Shown: in pieces, positions 18,386 through 28,500 of the stretch
Position numbering within the stretch: position 1 is the first letter of the stretch
Layout of the letters: every line of letters begins with the position of its first letter
Source: Candidatus Micrarchaeota archaeon
GTDB lineage: Archaea; Micrarchaeota; Micrarchaeia; Anstonellales; Bilamarchaeaceae
Direction of reading: 5' to 3'
Length of the DNA stretch: 64,000 nucleotides
Assembly (NCBI GenBank): GCA_040753215.1
Contig: JBFMEZ010000004.1
Span: 1 to 64,000 of the forward strand
Notes under the pieces: model-generated
What the model was told of the DNA's origin: nothing
Seen by the model: the letters and a program-made list of their open reading frames with translations, nothing else
The model's database searches: none
Program-made: the position numbers and the translations under genes

Positions 18386-19336
18386 ATGCTTCTGCTTGCA
18401 AGGGGAGACAGGTTCAACGCGAACTTCTTCTACCATTCCGGGGTGGACATAGACAATTCCTTTTTCATTAAGGATGGGGAGGAGCGCACCCTCCTGGTTT
18501 CGAGGATGAACAAGGAATACGCTGAGGAGAAATTCATAGGCGAGGTAATTGCATTCGAAAAAGACCCCCTGAAAGAAATAGAGAAACTCTCCCGCGGAAG
18601 GAAAATAGAGACGGATTTCCGCGGCATCTCCGCTTATTTCTTCAGCAAAATATGCTCATTCGCAAAGCCCGTGGATGTTTCCGAGCAGCTCGCAAAAGCC
18701 CGCGTGAGGAAATCCGCAGGCGAGCTCCTTTTGATGAGGCAGGCGGCCCGCGCAGGGAAGGCCATAATAGAACTTGGAAAGGATTCTTTCGGAAAGACAG
18801 AGCAGCAGCTCTCCTCGAGGCTCTATTCCGAAACCTACAGGGAAGGCCTCCGCCCCGCGTTCCGCCCCATAGTCGCTTCGGGGAGGAACTCGTCCTTCCC
18901 GCATTGCGAGCCGACGGATGAAAAGATTTCCGGATTATGCCTGGTGGATTACGGAGTCTCCTCCCGCCGCTACTATTCCGACCTCACCCGCGTATTTTTC
19001 GAGAAGAGGGATGCGAAGAAGGAGAAAATCTACGCCCAGTTAAAGCGCATACTCGCACAGATAGTGGATGAAATCCCAAACCTTTCCGTGGGCTCTGACA
19101 TCGCCCACTTGGCGGAAAAGCTATACAGGAAGGAGCGCCTCCCCTTCCCGCCACACTCCATCGGGCATGGCATTGGCCTGGAGGTGCACGAGCTGCCTTC
19201 CCTCTCCAAAAAGTCCAAGGACCCGCTGGAAGGCGCAACTTTCACTCTGGAGCCTTCCGTATATTATTCCGGGGAATTCGGCCTCCGCTACGAGGAAGTG
19301 ATCCACTATAACGGCAAAAAGGCACAGGTACTCTGA
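18386..19336 (+). CDS. M24-family Xaa-Pro peptidase
   Basis: 'PH', 'D.G...YYSDLTR', 'HSIGHGIGLEVHE.P', 'TLEPSVY', 'G.RYEE'. Confidence 0.9.
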   Translation: MLLLARGDRFNANFFYHSGVDIDNSFFIKDGEERTLLVSRMNKEYAEEKFIGEVIAFEKDPLKEIEKLSRGRKIETDFRGISAYFFSKICSFAKPVDVSEQLAKARVRKSAGELLLMRQAARAGKAIIELGKDSFGKTEQQLSSRLYSETYREGLRPAFRPIVASGRNSSFPHCEPTDEKISGLCLVDYGVSSRRYYSDLTRVFFEKRDAKKEKIYAQLKRILAQIVDEIPNLSVGSDIAHLAEKLYRKERLPFPPHSIGHGIGLEVHELPSLSKKSKDPLEGATFTLEPSVYYSGEFGLRYEEVIHYNGKKAQVL

Positions 19337-19345
19337 GATGTTCGC

Positions 19346-20203
19346 ATGAAGAAACCAATCGCACTATTCCTCTTCTCGCTTCTCCTCTTCGCAGGCTGCG
19401 CAAAGAGGAGCACCGAATCCTATTCCATAAATTCCATCTCCCTTGAGGGCACAAGGCATATGCTCGGCCAGAGCTATGAAATCTATATCTCCCTCTCCCC
19501 AAACGCAGCCAACTCCTCGCTCGAGCTCGGCTTGTTCGACAACACCGATGCGGGCGAAGAGTACGCATCCATCATCCTGAACGATTCCAATCCCCTCACA
19601 GATGGAAAGGCAAAAATCGAATGGGATGTGCATGAAGATGGCCCGCACACCCTCGCCGCAAAGCTTTTCCGCAACGGAACCGAAGCCGCATCCCGCTCCA
19701 TCTCCATCACCGCCTACCCTCTCGGATTGAGGGAAGAGGATTTCCCTGAAGTGGAATTCTGGCACGACCCAGTGGAAAGGCAGATATGGCAGGCGCAGGC
19801 ATTTGACCTCCAGGCCTCAATCCGGCTAAGGAAAGCCGGCTTTTACCTCAAATACTACACCCCTCCGCCTGAAAACTCAACAATAACCGTGGAATTGCGG
19901 AAGGATTCGGGTTCCCTTCCCTCAGGCGAACTCATAGCCGATGCATCCATTCCCGCCTCTTCCCTGGACACGGAATTCGAATGGCATTTCGTCTCCTTTC
20001 CCTCCCTTCAACTGGAGCCCGGAAGATACTGGCTCATTCTAAAAAGGCCAGAATCCGAAGGGACCGTAGTATGGAGAAGGGGCCCCGGCAACCTCATCGG
20101 CTCAACCGATGATACGATGGTTTCTGACCGCACGCAGGGCGCAAGCGGGGCGTGGGAGGGAAAGGATGTGGATTTTGTCTTCCAGATTTCTTCGCAGGAT
20201 TAG
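19346..20203 (+). CDS. Putative lipoprotein/surface protein with beta-sandwich domains
   Basis: Signal ending 'LLFAGC'; 'AQAF...', 'L..G.YWL' beta-rich motifs. Confidence 0.55.
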   Translation: MKKPIALFLFSLLLFAGCAKRSTESYSINSISLEGTRHMLGQSYEIYISLSPNAANSSLELGLFDNTDAGEEYASIILNDSNPLTDGKAKIEWDVHEDGPHTLAAKLFRNGTEAASRSISITAYPLGLREEDFPEVEFWHDPVERQIWQAQAFDLQASIRLRKAGFYLKYYTPPPENSTITVELRKDSGSLPSGELIADASIPASSLDTEFEWHFVSFPSLQLEPGRYWLILKRPESEGTVVWRRGPGNLIGSTDDTMVSDRTQGASGAWEGKDVDFVFQISSQD

Positions 20204-20772
20204 ATGCACGAAAGGAAATTCTCCAGAATCTTCTCTCCATTCTCCGTATGCCACACTTCCGGATGGAACTGCGTCCCAAAAATCCTCTTCTCCTTATGCC
20301 TCATCGCCTCAACCTTACAAGTAGAGGAGTGCGCAAGCGCCTCAAATCCCTGAGGCATCTTCTTTACCTCATCAAAATGCGAAACCCAAACCTGGAATTC
20401 AGGAGGAACCCCCCTGAAAAGCAAGTCCTCCTTATCCACCGTAATCCTTCCCAGCCCATATTCCGCGGAGCTTCCCTTCGCCACCTGCCCGCCCAGCTCG
20501 TGCGCAATCAACTGGTGCCCGTAGCAGATTCCCAGAAGCGGAACATCCCACCCACCCGCAACCTTCTTCACGACCTGCGCAGAAACTCCATTATCTCCAG
20601 TATAAACCGAGGAAGGCCCCCCACTTAGAATAATCGCCTCCGGCTTCCGGCTCTCCACCTCCGCAATCAATGCGGTCTTATTATTGAGAATCTCGCCTTC
20701 CCACCCCAAATCCCTCATATTCCTCTTTATGAGGTGCGTATACTGGGAACCGTTGTCCAGTATCAGAATCAT
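20200..20772 (-). CDS. guaAA: GMP synthase glutamine amidotransferase subunit A
   Basis: 'DNGSQYTHLI', 'SGGP', 'GICYGHQ', 'QFHPEV'. Confidence 0.92.
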   Translation of the reverse strand: MILILDNGSQYTHLIKRNMRDLGWEGEILNNKTALIAEVESRKPEAIILSGGPSSVYTGDNGVSAQVVKKVAGGWDVPLLGICYGHQLIAHELGGQVAKGSSAEYGLGRITVDKEDLLFRGVPPEFQVWVSHFDEVKKMPQGFEALAHSSTCKVEAMRHKEKRIFGTQFHPEVWHTENGEKILENFLSCI

Positions 20773-20851
20773 GACTACACAACCCGTTTTCCCTTTAAAT
20801 CCTTATGGCTAACGCTAAAAAGAAAAGAAAACAAAGAGGGTAAAATAACCC

Positions 20852-23050
20852 TCAATCAAGGAACTCTTGGGGAGTTGGCGGCTCCGGCTTGTCGCCCTTC
20901 CTCTTCCTCACTTCGCTCACAATCTTGTTCAGGAGCTCCTTCGGCAGTTTCTCATACCCGTAGTATTCCTGGTACCAGATTGCGCGGCCCTGCGTAACCC
21001 CACGCAAGGCATTTGAGAACCCGAACATCTCGGAAACAGGCAAAACGGTATTAATCGTAACCGTTTCCCCTTCCTGCTCCATGTTCAGCAGCTGCCCTCT
21101 CCTCCCATTGGTCATGTTGATTACGTCCCCGCCATATTCCTGCGGGCACTGTATCAGCACCTTCTGCTTCGGCTCAAGCAAAGTAACTCCGGCCACAAGC
21201 ATCGCCGCATAAATCGGTCTTTTAACCGCCGGAATAATCTGCGCAGGCCCGCGGTGCACATTGTCCTCGTGCAGTGTCGCATCCTCCAACACCACCTTCA
21301 CACCGCTCACCTTCTCTTTAGCGAGAGGGCCCTTGTCCATTGCCTCCTCAAATGCTTCCAGGGCAAGCTCCTGCACCTCGTTGAGGTACTGCACACCCTT
21401 GGTCACATCGATGAACATGTTCCTCTTGTAGATGTCCCAAATGCCTTTTGCCTCGTCCCTCTCCATCCCAAGGTCCACGAGCTTCTGCACGTGCTCCTTC
21501 CCCTTCGGCCTTCCTTCCGGGATGGCCCCATCTATAATCGCCTGCACAATCTTCTCGTCCAGCGGCTCCACCCTCAGCTTGAACTTGTTGTGCTTGTTCG
21601 GGGATTTCCCTTCCACCACAGGAGAGCTTCCAATTATGTTCTCCCTGTAAACCACAATCGGAGGAGAGGTCTCTATCTCCACCTTCTTCTCGTTCCTTAT
21701 CTTGTACTCTATTATCTCAAGGTGCAGCTCCCCCATCCCAGAGATGAGGTGCTCCCCTGTCTCCTGGTTAAGCTCAACCCTCAGCGTCGGGTCCTCCTTG
21801 GACAACCCACGCAGGACCTCCACCAGCTTCGCAAGGTTCTTGCTCTCCTTCGCCTCTATGGATTTCGTGACCACGGGCTCGGAGTAGTGCTTTATCTGCT
21901 CGAACGGCTCCACTTCCCTGCCGCTTATTGTCTCCCCTATATACACGTCCTTGAGCCCTATAATCGCCCCGATGTTCCCGGCATCCACCTTCTCCGCCTG
22001 CACCCTGTCCGGGCCCATGTATACGCCAACCTGCTGCACCTTGTAGAAGTTCTTCTTGGACGCCACATAGAGCATGTCCCCTTTCTTCACTTCCCCGGAG
22101 AAGAGCCTGATCACCCCGACTTCCCCCGCATGCTCGTCGTATACGATCCCGAAGCACACGCCCACAGCAGTCCCCCCGGAGTTGCAGAGGATCATGTCCT
22201 TCCCTTCGGCGGAATTTGGGTCCCCCTTCCACAGCACGGGTATCCTGTATTTCTGCGCAACAACCGGGTTCGGCAGGTGCCTGATGACCATCCCCAGCAA
22301 TACCTCGTCCAGCGGGGATTTCGCCACAAGCGACGCGTGGTTCCCGCTCCTGCACGTCTCGTAAATGTCCCTGAACCCGATGTTGTTCTTCTTCATCGAA
22401 TCGTAGGAGACCGCCCATTTGTTGAATGCGCTCCCGAACGCAACGTTCCCCTTCTCGACCGCAACGAGCCATTCCTTCCTGAATTCCGGGGGCGCGTTCC
22501 CCTCAATAATCTTGTTCACCCCTATTATGACCTTTATGAGCCTCTGCTGCATCTGCTCCTGGTTGAGCTGCAGCTCGTTTATCAGCCGGTCAATCTTGTT
22601 GATGAAAACGACCGGCCTCACCCTCTCCTTCAGCGCCTGCCTCAGCACGGTCTCGGTCTGGGGCATCACGCCCTCCACCGAATCCACCACGAGCACGCAG
22701 CCGTCCACCGCCCTCAGCGCCCTCGTAACGTGCCCGCCGAAATCCACGTGCCCCGGCGTGTCTATCAGGTTGATTAGGTACGGCTTCCCCTCGTACTCGA
22801 ATCCCAGGGAGATGTTCGCCGCCTTGATTGTGATGCCCCTCGCCTGCTCCTGCACGTCGAAGTCCATTATCCTCTGCTCGCCGGCCAGCTCCTTTGAGAT
22901 GAGCCCGGCCCTCGCCACAAGGGAATCCGTGAGCGTCGTCTTCCCGTGGTCCACGTGCGCGACAATCGCGATGTTCCTTACCTGCTCCTTCCCGCTCATC
23001 AGCTTCTGCACTTCTTCGACTACGATTTCCTTTCTTCCCATCAGCTTCAC
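20852..23050 (-). CDS. fusA: Elongation factor aEF-2
   Basis: 'AHVDHGKTT', 'RGITI', 'DTPGH', 'NKID'; diphthamide loop 'HEDNVHRGPAQ'. Confidence 0.98.
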   Translation of the reverse strand: MKLMGRKEIVVEEVQKLMSGKEQVRNIAIVAHVDHGKTTLTDSLVARAGLISKELAGEQRIMDFDVQEQARGITIKAANISLGFEYEGKPYLINLIDTPGHVDFGGHVTRALRAVDGCVLVVDSVEGVMPQTETVLRQALKERVRPVVFINKIDRLINELQLNQEQMQQRLIKVIIGVNKIIEGNAPPEFRKEWLVAVEKGNVAFGSAFNKWAVSYDSMKKNNIGFRDIYETCRSGNHASLVAKSPLDEVLLGMVIRHLPNPVVAQKYRIPVLWKGDPNSAEGKDMILCNSGGTAVGVCFGIVYDEHAGEVGVIRLFSGEVKKGDMLYVASKKNFYKVQQVGVYMGPDRVQAEKVDAGNIGAIIGLKDVYIGETISGREVEPFEQIKHYSEPVVTKSIEAKESKNLAKLVEVLRGLSKEDPTLRVELNQETGEHLISGMGELHLEIIEYKIRNEKKVEIETSPPIVVYRENIIGSSPVVEGKSPNKHNKFKLRVEPLDEKIVQAIIDGAIPEGRPKGKEHVQKLVDLGMERDEAKGIWDIYKRNMFIDVTKGVQYLNEVQELALEAFEEAMDKGPLAKEKVSGVKVVLEDATLHEDNVHRGPAQIIPAVKRPIYAAMLVAGVTLLEPKQKVLIQCPQEYGGDVINMTNGRRGQLLNMEQEGETVTINTVLPVSEMFGFSNALRGVTQGRAIWYQEYYGYEKLPKELLNKIVSEVRKRKGDKPEPPTPQEFLD

Positions 23051-23060
23051 CTAAAAAGGG

Positions 23061-23660
23061 CTACTTTGCGCTCCTTGCCATTCTTTCAAGCTCGTCCCTC
23101 TTCTTTATGGAATAGGAATTCTGCACGTCCCCGTTCGCGGTATAGACGACCTCGTCAGCCAGCGCCTCGGAGAGCGATGTGGGCTTGTTGAAGGCCCTCA
23201 TCAGCGCTGAGAGCGTGATGTTCCTGAGCGCGAGGTCCAGCCTGCGCGTCGCGGAAACGTCCACCGCAATCTGGTAGCTTATCCCCCCGTGCGACACCCT
23301 GGTCACGTCCTCCCTCGGGGCAGAGTTCTCCAGCGCCTTCACCAGCACCTGCACCGGGTTCGCCTTCGCCTTCTTCTCCACTATGCCGAAGGCTTCCTCC
23401 ACGACCTTTATGATGCGCATCTTCTTCCCCTGCAGCCTCCCCTTGGTCCTTATCACCTTTCCCGAAGTCTTTTCCCCGGTCCCGCCGCGCATCAGCTTGT
23501 TCGCCAGCCTCTCCACTATGTTGATTTTGAACTTGCCGTGCTGCCTCTTCTGGTGCCTCCCGAACGTGTGCACGCGCGGGGACCCGAAGTACACGACGGT
23601 CCTGAGGCTGGGGTCCTTTATCTCCACTTCATCCGTCTCGTACTTTCCGAACATTTTCAT
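23061..23660 (-). CDS. rps7: 30S ribosomal protein S7
   Basis: 'IVERL.NKLM', 'NPVQVLV.A.ENSAPRE', 'VDVS..RR.D.A'. Confidence 0.97.
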   Translation of the reverse strand: MKMFGKYETDEVEIKDPSLRTVVYFGSPRVHTFGRHQKRQHGKFKINIVERLANKLMRGGTGEKTSGKVIRTKGRLQGKKMRIIKVVEEAFGIVEKKAKANPVQVLVKALENSAPREDVTRVSHGGISYQIAVDVSATRRLDLALRNITLSALMRAFNKPTSLSEALADEVVYTANGDVQNSYSIKKRDELERMARSAK

Positions 23661-23665
23661 CCGCT

Positions 23666-24094
23666 CTACCTCTTGGGCTTCTCCTTCTTCCCGTGCCTCA
23701 GGGCCTGCAGGTCCGCCTCATTCACGCTCACGACCTTGTACCTCACTCCCGGGATTGAGCCCATCTGCCCCCTCTGGGAGCCGCCCAGCCCGGCGATGAC
23801 CACGGAATCGTGCTCGTCTATGAGCGTAATCGCCTTGTCCCTGGGAGGGAAGGCAGAAACCACCTTCCCGTTCTTCACAAGCTGCACCTTCACGCACTTG
23901 ATGAGCCCTGAGTGCGGCTGCTTCTGCTCCAGCGTTACCTTCTCCAGCACTATTCCGCTCGCCTGCGGCGAGCCCTCCAGCGGGTCGTACTTCTCCTTGA
24001 GCTTGAGCGTCCTCCTCTTCCACCTCTTGGAGAGCCACCTGTGTTTCTTCCTGTTCCGTTTGACATTTCTCCCTGCAAATTCTCCATTACCCAT
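23666..24094 (-). CDS. rps12: 30S ribosomal protein S12
   Basis: 'GIVLEK..E.KQPHSG..KCV.VQL.KNGK', 'PGVRYKV'; start at ATG 24094. Confidence 0.97.
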   Translation of the reverse strand: MGNGEFAGRNVKRNRKKHRWLSKRWKRRTLKLKEKYDPLEGSPQASGIVLEKVTLEQKQPHSGLIKCVKVQLVKNGKVVSAFPPRDKAITLIDEHDSVVIAGLGGSQRGQMGSIPGVRYKVVSVNEADLQALRHGKKEKPKR

Positions 24095-24206
24095 CCTATC
24101 ACCATAAAGTGAGATGACTGCCTCTATCTCCATCAGAGAAGATGAAGATAAGCTCGTAAATTACGTATGGAATGGTTTAAAAACCATATACCGTCAAGAA
24201 CCACGT

Positions 24207-25520
24207 ATGAGCCTGCAGATTGAGGGCAAGCCGCGCCCCTTATTCACAATCGCAGCCATACTGCTCATTGGCCTGTTCATAGGCATATCCATACGCAGCC
24301 TGGGCTATTTCTGGGTGATGCTCATCCCCAACCTCTTCCTTCTGGCCCTTACGATGACATTGCTCGTAGTTTTCCTTGAAAAGAAGGAAATCAAAACCCC
24401 GCAGCCGGAAAAATACCCGTTACTGTCCGTAATAATCCCCGCCTACAACGTGAAATCCACCATAGAGAAATGCGTAACCGCTGTGAAGGCATCCGATTAC
24501 CCGGGAGAGATGGAAATCATAATAGTGGACGACGGCAGCACGGACGGGACAAGGGAGCTCCTCAAGGAAATGGATGGCGTACGGCTCCTCCTGAAGGAAA
24601 AGAACGAAGGAAAGGCCGCCTCCATAAACAAGGGCGCAAGGATTGCAAAAGGGGAGGTGCTCGCCTGCGTGGATTCCGACTCCTATCCGGAACCCGGAGC
24701 ATTCCGCGATGCGGTCGCAACGCTGATGAAGAACGATGAAGTGGGCGCAGTAACCTGTTTTATTAGAGTAGAAAATCCCAACTCCCTCCTGAAGAAAATC
24801 CAGGATATAGAATACCTGACCGGTTTCGGCTTCGCGCAGATAACCAGCCGCGCGATGGACGCCATTTTCGTCACCCCCGGCCCCACGACCATCTTCCGCA
24901 AGTCCACTTTCATGGACGTGGGCGGCTTTGACGAGCAGAACATCACCGAAGACCTGGAGATGGCGTGGAGATTAAGGAGGCACGGCTACAGGATAGAATA
25001 CACCCCGGACGCGGTGAGCTACACGGATGTTCCCGGAGACATAAAGAGCTTATTCAGGCAGAGGATGCGCTGGTACAGGGGAAAGCTCTACAACCTCCGC
25101 AAATATTCGGATATGCTCTTCAACCCAAAATATGGATACTTCGGGATGTTCATGTTCCCATTCTCCTTCACCGCAGAGTTTGCAGGAATTGTCCTCAGCT
25201 TCTCCTTCCTCTGGCTGGTCCTGAACCAGCTAAGCTGGACGGCGCAATACATGCTCTCAAATATCGCATTAAGGGCCCCAATCCTGGACCTCAGCACGAT
25301 GGTCGTCGTGGGTGCATCCGTAATCGCCATGGGATTAATCCTCGTGAGCCCCTGGATTCTGGCGGTCTATTTCAGCCACGAAATAGGGAAAAAGAAGTTC
25401 AGCTCGGGCGACATCCCCCCAACTTTAGTATTCCTTCTGTTCTACGGCACGGTAATCTCATTCTTCTATTGCATAAGCTTCTTCAAGGAAGTAAACCGGA
25501 GTGATTACAGATGGAAGTGA
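24207..25520 (+). CDS. Membrane GT2 glycosyltransferase, processive type
   Basis: 'IPAYN', 'DDGSTD', 'DSD', 'TED', QxxRW ('QRMRW'); N- and C-terminal TM helices. Confidence 0.9.
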   Translation: MSLQIEGKPRPLFTIAAILLIGLFIGISIRSLGYFWVMLIPNLFLLALTMTLLVVFLEKKEIKTPQPEKYPLLSVIIPAYNVKSTIEKCVTAVKASDYPGEMEIIIVDDGSTDGTRELLKEMDGVRLLLKEKNEGKAASINKGARIAKGEVLACVDSDSYPEPGAFRDAVATLMKNDEVGAVTCFIRVENPNSLLKKIQDIEYLTGFGFAQITSRAMDAIFVTPGPTTIFRKSTFMDVGGFDEQNITEDLEMAWRLRRHGYRIEYTPDAVSYTDVPGDIKSLFRQRMRWYRGKLYNLRKYSDMLFNPKYGYFGMFMFPFSFTAEFAGIVLSFSFLWLVLNQLSWTAQYMLSNIALRAPILDLSTMVVVGASVIAMGLILVSPWILAVYFSHEIGKKKFSSGDIPPTLVFLLFYGTVISFFYCISFFKEVNRSDYRWK

Positions 25521-26167
25521 GCAGGAACATCCTCGCAAAGGCGGCAATAATCACAATCCTATTGTTCGCCATCTCCATCTTCGTTGGTTATCAAATAGAG
25601 TCCAACAGCTACGCAGCCACCGAGGCCCGCCTCTCAGACATGGAGCAGGACATGGAAAACACGCTCCTATTTACCTTATTCCTGCAGACGCATAATGATT
25701 CTTCCGTATGCACCGTCCTCAACGAACAATTGAACGAAACCGCCCAGCACGCCTACAACCTTTACGGAGAATTGGAAGAGAGCAGGAGCACAAGCGTCTT
25801 CTTCGGCGGCTACAATGAACTTAGGGAAAAGTACTTCCTTGCAAACATGCGCTTTTACCTTATGCTAAGGGAATATTCCCAGGCATGCAACGACACGAGC
25901 GTAAAGCCCATCCTCTTCTTCTATTCCGCATACAACGACTGCCCTGCCTGCGTGGCGCAGGGAAGGGTTCTGGACCAGGTAAGGGCGGAATGCCCGAACG
26001 CAAGAGTATATGCATTCCCTGCGGATGTGGAAGAAATATCCATGATTAAGACCTTCAAATCCTATTATAGGATAACCTCCACTCCTGTATTGGTGATAGA
26101 TGACCAGAAATACGGAACCCTCCTCACAAAAGACCAGATAGAAAGCAGGATTGGGTGCGCGGATTGA
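25511..26167 (+). CDS. Membrane-anchored protein with thioredoxin-like CxxC domain
   Basis: N-terminal TM, coiled coil, 'FFYS...DCPAC..QG.VL', 'TP.LVID'. Confidence 0.6.
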   Translation: MEVSRNILAKAAIITILLFAISIFVGYQIESNSYAATEARLSDMEQDMENTLLFTLFLQTHNDSSVCTVLNEQLNETAQHAYNLYGELEESRSTSVFFGGYNELREKYFLANMRFYLMLREYSQACNDTSVKPILFFYSAYNDCPACVAQGRVLDQVRAECPNARVYAFPADVEEISMIKTFKSYYRITSTPVLVIDDQKYGTLLTKDQIESRIGCAD

Positions 26168-26508
26168 GCTTTCCAGCCATACGCTACTGGATAATCGCAT
26201 GGATTTTTTCAATTCTTTTTGGAGAGATAATCGGCCCGCTCCTCGCCGGCCACGCCCTTCCCCTGCTCAGCTATCCGCTCTTCATGATTGTTTATTATGG
26301 GGCATTATCCCTTATTTTCTCATTAGTAGTACAAAGATTGGGAAAATCCTCTCTAGCAGTATTCTTCGTATACGGTGTTCTTGCTGAGCTGTTTCTTTTC
26401 CACAACATAACCGGCTTTACGGACATAGCCGGAATCCTGTTCTTCGGGGCATTTTATGTATTCTTATTCGGGGTTCCAATCTGGATAACTAAAAAAATAA
26501 GCCACTAA
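26155..26508 (+). CDS. Small membrane protein
   Basis: About 4 hydrophobic helices; overlaps previous stop. Confidence 0.55.
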   Translation: MRGLSFPAIRYWIIAWIFSILFGEIIGPLLAGHALPLLSYPLFMIVYYGALSLIFSLVVQRLGKSSLAVFFVYGVLAELFLFHNITGFTDIAGILFFGAFYVFLFGVPIWITKKISH

Positions 26509-26933
26509 ACGGTCCTCCTCGTCTTCAGGAATATGTCCGCCCCGAACTTCCTCTTCATTATCGCCTTGAGGGATTTTATCCGCATCCCTTCCTTCCCTAT
26601 CGCAATCCCCCTCTGCACGTCGGCTATTGTGATGAAAAGCGCGACCTGCCCCGGCGCCTCCCTCCTCTCCACGTCCAGAATCTGCACGTTGTTCAAAAAC
26701 CCGCGCAGGAAATCCTCCTCGTTGTCCGCATCCCTCGCAATCATCACGTTCCCGCCGAGCTTCGCCCTGAGCTTCTTTATGTTCGCCCCTTCCTTGCCTA
26801 TCGCCTTGCCGAGCATCATCGGCTCAACAAGGAATACGTAGTTCTTCCCTTCCCTTACCATGTCCGTGGGGATTACCCCGCAGATTGATGCGAACAGGTT
26901 TATTATCCCCAGCTCGTCCTCGCTAATCTCCAA
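26505..26933 (-). CDS. nusA: Archaeal NusA (KH domains)
   Basis: Two 'G.AIGK.G..IK' KH motifs; follows L30e. Confidence 0.92.
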   Translation of the reverse strand: MEISEDELGIINLFASICGVIPTDMVREGKNYVFLVEPMMLGKAIGKEGANIKKLRAKLGGNVMIARDADNEEDFLRGFLNNVQILDVERREAPGQVALFITIADVQRGIAIGKEGMRIKSLKAIMKRKFGADIFLKTRRTV

Positions 26934-26942
26934 GGGCTCAAC

Positions 26943-27464
26943 TCACTTCTTCTTCGCAAAATCAAGTATGTTCGAAACGCCCTCGTTCCTCACGGTCAGC
27001 ACGAGCACCGGGAAAGGCCTTCCGCATATGGAGCCCATCTCCATGCTGGTGCCCGGATACTCCACGACCGGGATTCGCGAGAGCTTCCCGTACTTCTCCA
27101 CGTCCTCCCTGAGCCCCCTGGGCGCATTCCTCGCAACCAGCACCATCTTCGTTTTCCCCAGCAGGAGGTCCCTTATGCCGGTCTTGGAGCCGAACTCCAC
27201 CTTGCCGCTCTCCACCGCAAGCCTCAGCGCCGCGGAAAGGGGATTCTCCCTCTCCTTCAGGCTCTTCCTCTTGCGCACAACCTCCTTCTTCTCCCTCTTC
27301 GCCCTTCCCCGCTTCTTTGTTTCCTGAACCAAACCTCCGCCCTCTTTGCCCACTCCTGCTCTGGAGGTTTGGTTCACCGGTTTCCCGCCTCCGGTTTCCG
27401 GTGCCCCGGATTCCTCTTCAGGAAACTCAGCCGTTTCCGGCCTCTCTTCCTTTTTTTCTGCCAT
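26943..27464 (-). CDS. rpl30e: 50S ribosomal protein L30e with long N-terminal extension
   Basis: C-terminal 'LAVESGKV.FG', 'ARNAP', 'EMGSICGRPF.V..L.V...G.S.I'; about 70 extra N-terminal residues. Confidence 0.9.
   Translation of the reverse strand: MAEKKEERPETAEFPEEESGAPETGGGKPVNQTSRAGVGKEGGGLVQETKKRGRAKREKKEVVRKRKSLKERENPLSAALRLAVESGKVEFGSKTGIRDLLLGKTKMVLVARNAPRGLREDVEKYGKLSRIPVVEYPGTSMEMGSICGRPFPVLVLTVRNEGVSNILDFAKKK
27325..27376. repeat. Palindromic element family 2, copy in frame within rpl30e
   Basis: Perfect 14-bp inverted repeat TGAACCAAACCTCC / GGAGGTTTGGTTCA with 24-nt loop; near-identical stem at 53285-53337. Confidence 0.85.
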
Positions 27465-27477
27465 TCACAACACCTGC

Positions 27478-28500
27478 CTATTTCCCTGCCTTCATGCTCA
27501 GCCTCATCCTTCCGGTCCCTATCGGGATGGTCTGCCCCACGATTATGTTCTCCGTGACGCCCACGAGGTTGTCCTCTTCCGCGGTGACCGCAGCGTTCAC
27601 GAGGTGCTTCATCGTCTCCTCGAACGCGGCCCTCCCCAGCACCCCCGCCTTCTCGCCGCTCAGCCCGTGCCTGCCTATGGATTTCACTTTCCCGTCAGCG
27701 CACATGGCGTCCGCAAGCAGCATTATGTGCCTGGGGTCGACGAACAGGTTCTGCATCTCCATGACCTGCCTTATCTCAAATACGAGCGCGTTCCTTGCGG
27801 CCTCCACGCCGAATATCTTCAGTATCTCCATCACGTTGTTGGTATAGATGCGCTCCGGGTCCACTTCGGCCCTCAGCACCACGTCCCTTATGTTGAACCC
27901 GCTCGCCCTCACGAAATACTCGTCCTTCCCCCTGACGACCACCGCCCTCCTTATGCCCGCAATACCCTTCACGAGCGTCTTCCCCAGCTTCACCCCGAGC
28001 CTCCTCATCGCCCTGAGCACGGGCTCGTCGCCCTCCTTCTTCACCTTCACCGCAAAGGTTCTCTCGTCCTCCTTCGTGACCTCTATGTTTCCGGCCGCCT
28101 TCTTCAGCGCCTTCTCAACCATCGAGGGGGTTACGTGCAGTGCCTTGGCATCCTCCCCCCTGACAGCGACCCTTATGGTTCTCCTCCCCATCTCCTCGTT
28201 TATGTCCGCGACTTCCGAGAGGGTGATGGACTCTATCTCCTCCGCGAATTCCCTGACCTTGCCTTCGCTCCTCGCATAGCTCGCCTTCAGGTAGATGTTG
28301 ATGAGCGGCTTCTTCGGCTCCTTCTTCGCGTCCACAAGCTCGATGAGCCGCGGGAGGCCCGTGGGCACGTGCTCAGCCACTCCGGCGTAGTGGAAGGTCC
28401 TCATCGTCATCTGCGTGCCCGGCTCGCCCAGGCTCTGCGCGGCGACTATCCCCGCAGCGGAATACGGGTTTATGACAGCTTTCTTGTTCATCATTCCCAC
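27478..28500 (-). CDS. rpoA2: RNA polymerase subunit A'' (Rpo1C)
   Basis: 'AAQSLGEPGTQMTMRTFHYAGV', 'GLPRLIE', 'RHIMLLAD.M', 'AAFE', 'GVTENIIVGQ'; exact start uncertain. Confidence 0.95.
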   Translation of the reverse strand: MGMMNKKAVINPYSAAGIVAAQSLGEPGTQMTMRTFHYAGVAEHVPTGLPRLIELVDAKKEPKKPLINIYLKASYARSEGKVREFAEEIESITLSEVADINEEMGRRTIRVAVRGEDAKALHVTPSMVEKALKKAAGNIEVTKEDERTFAVKVKKEGDEPVLRAMRRLGVKLGKTLVKGIAGIRRAVVVRGKDEYFVRASGFNIRDVVLRAEVDPERIYTNNVMEILKIFGVEAARNALVFEIRQVMEMQNLFVDPRHIMLLADAMCADGKVKSIGRHGLSGEKAGVLGRAAFEETMKHLVNAAVTAEEDNLVGVTENIIVGQTIPIGTGRMRLSMKAGK

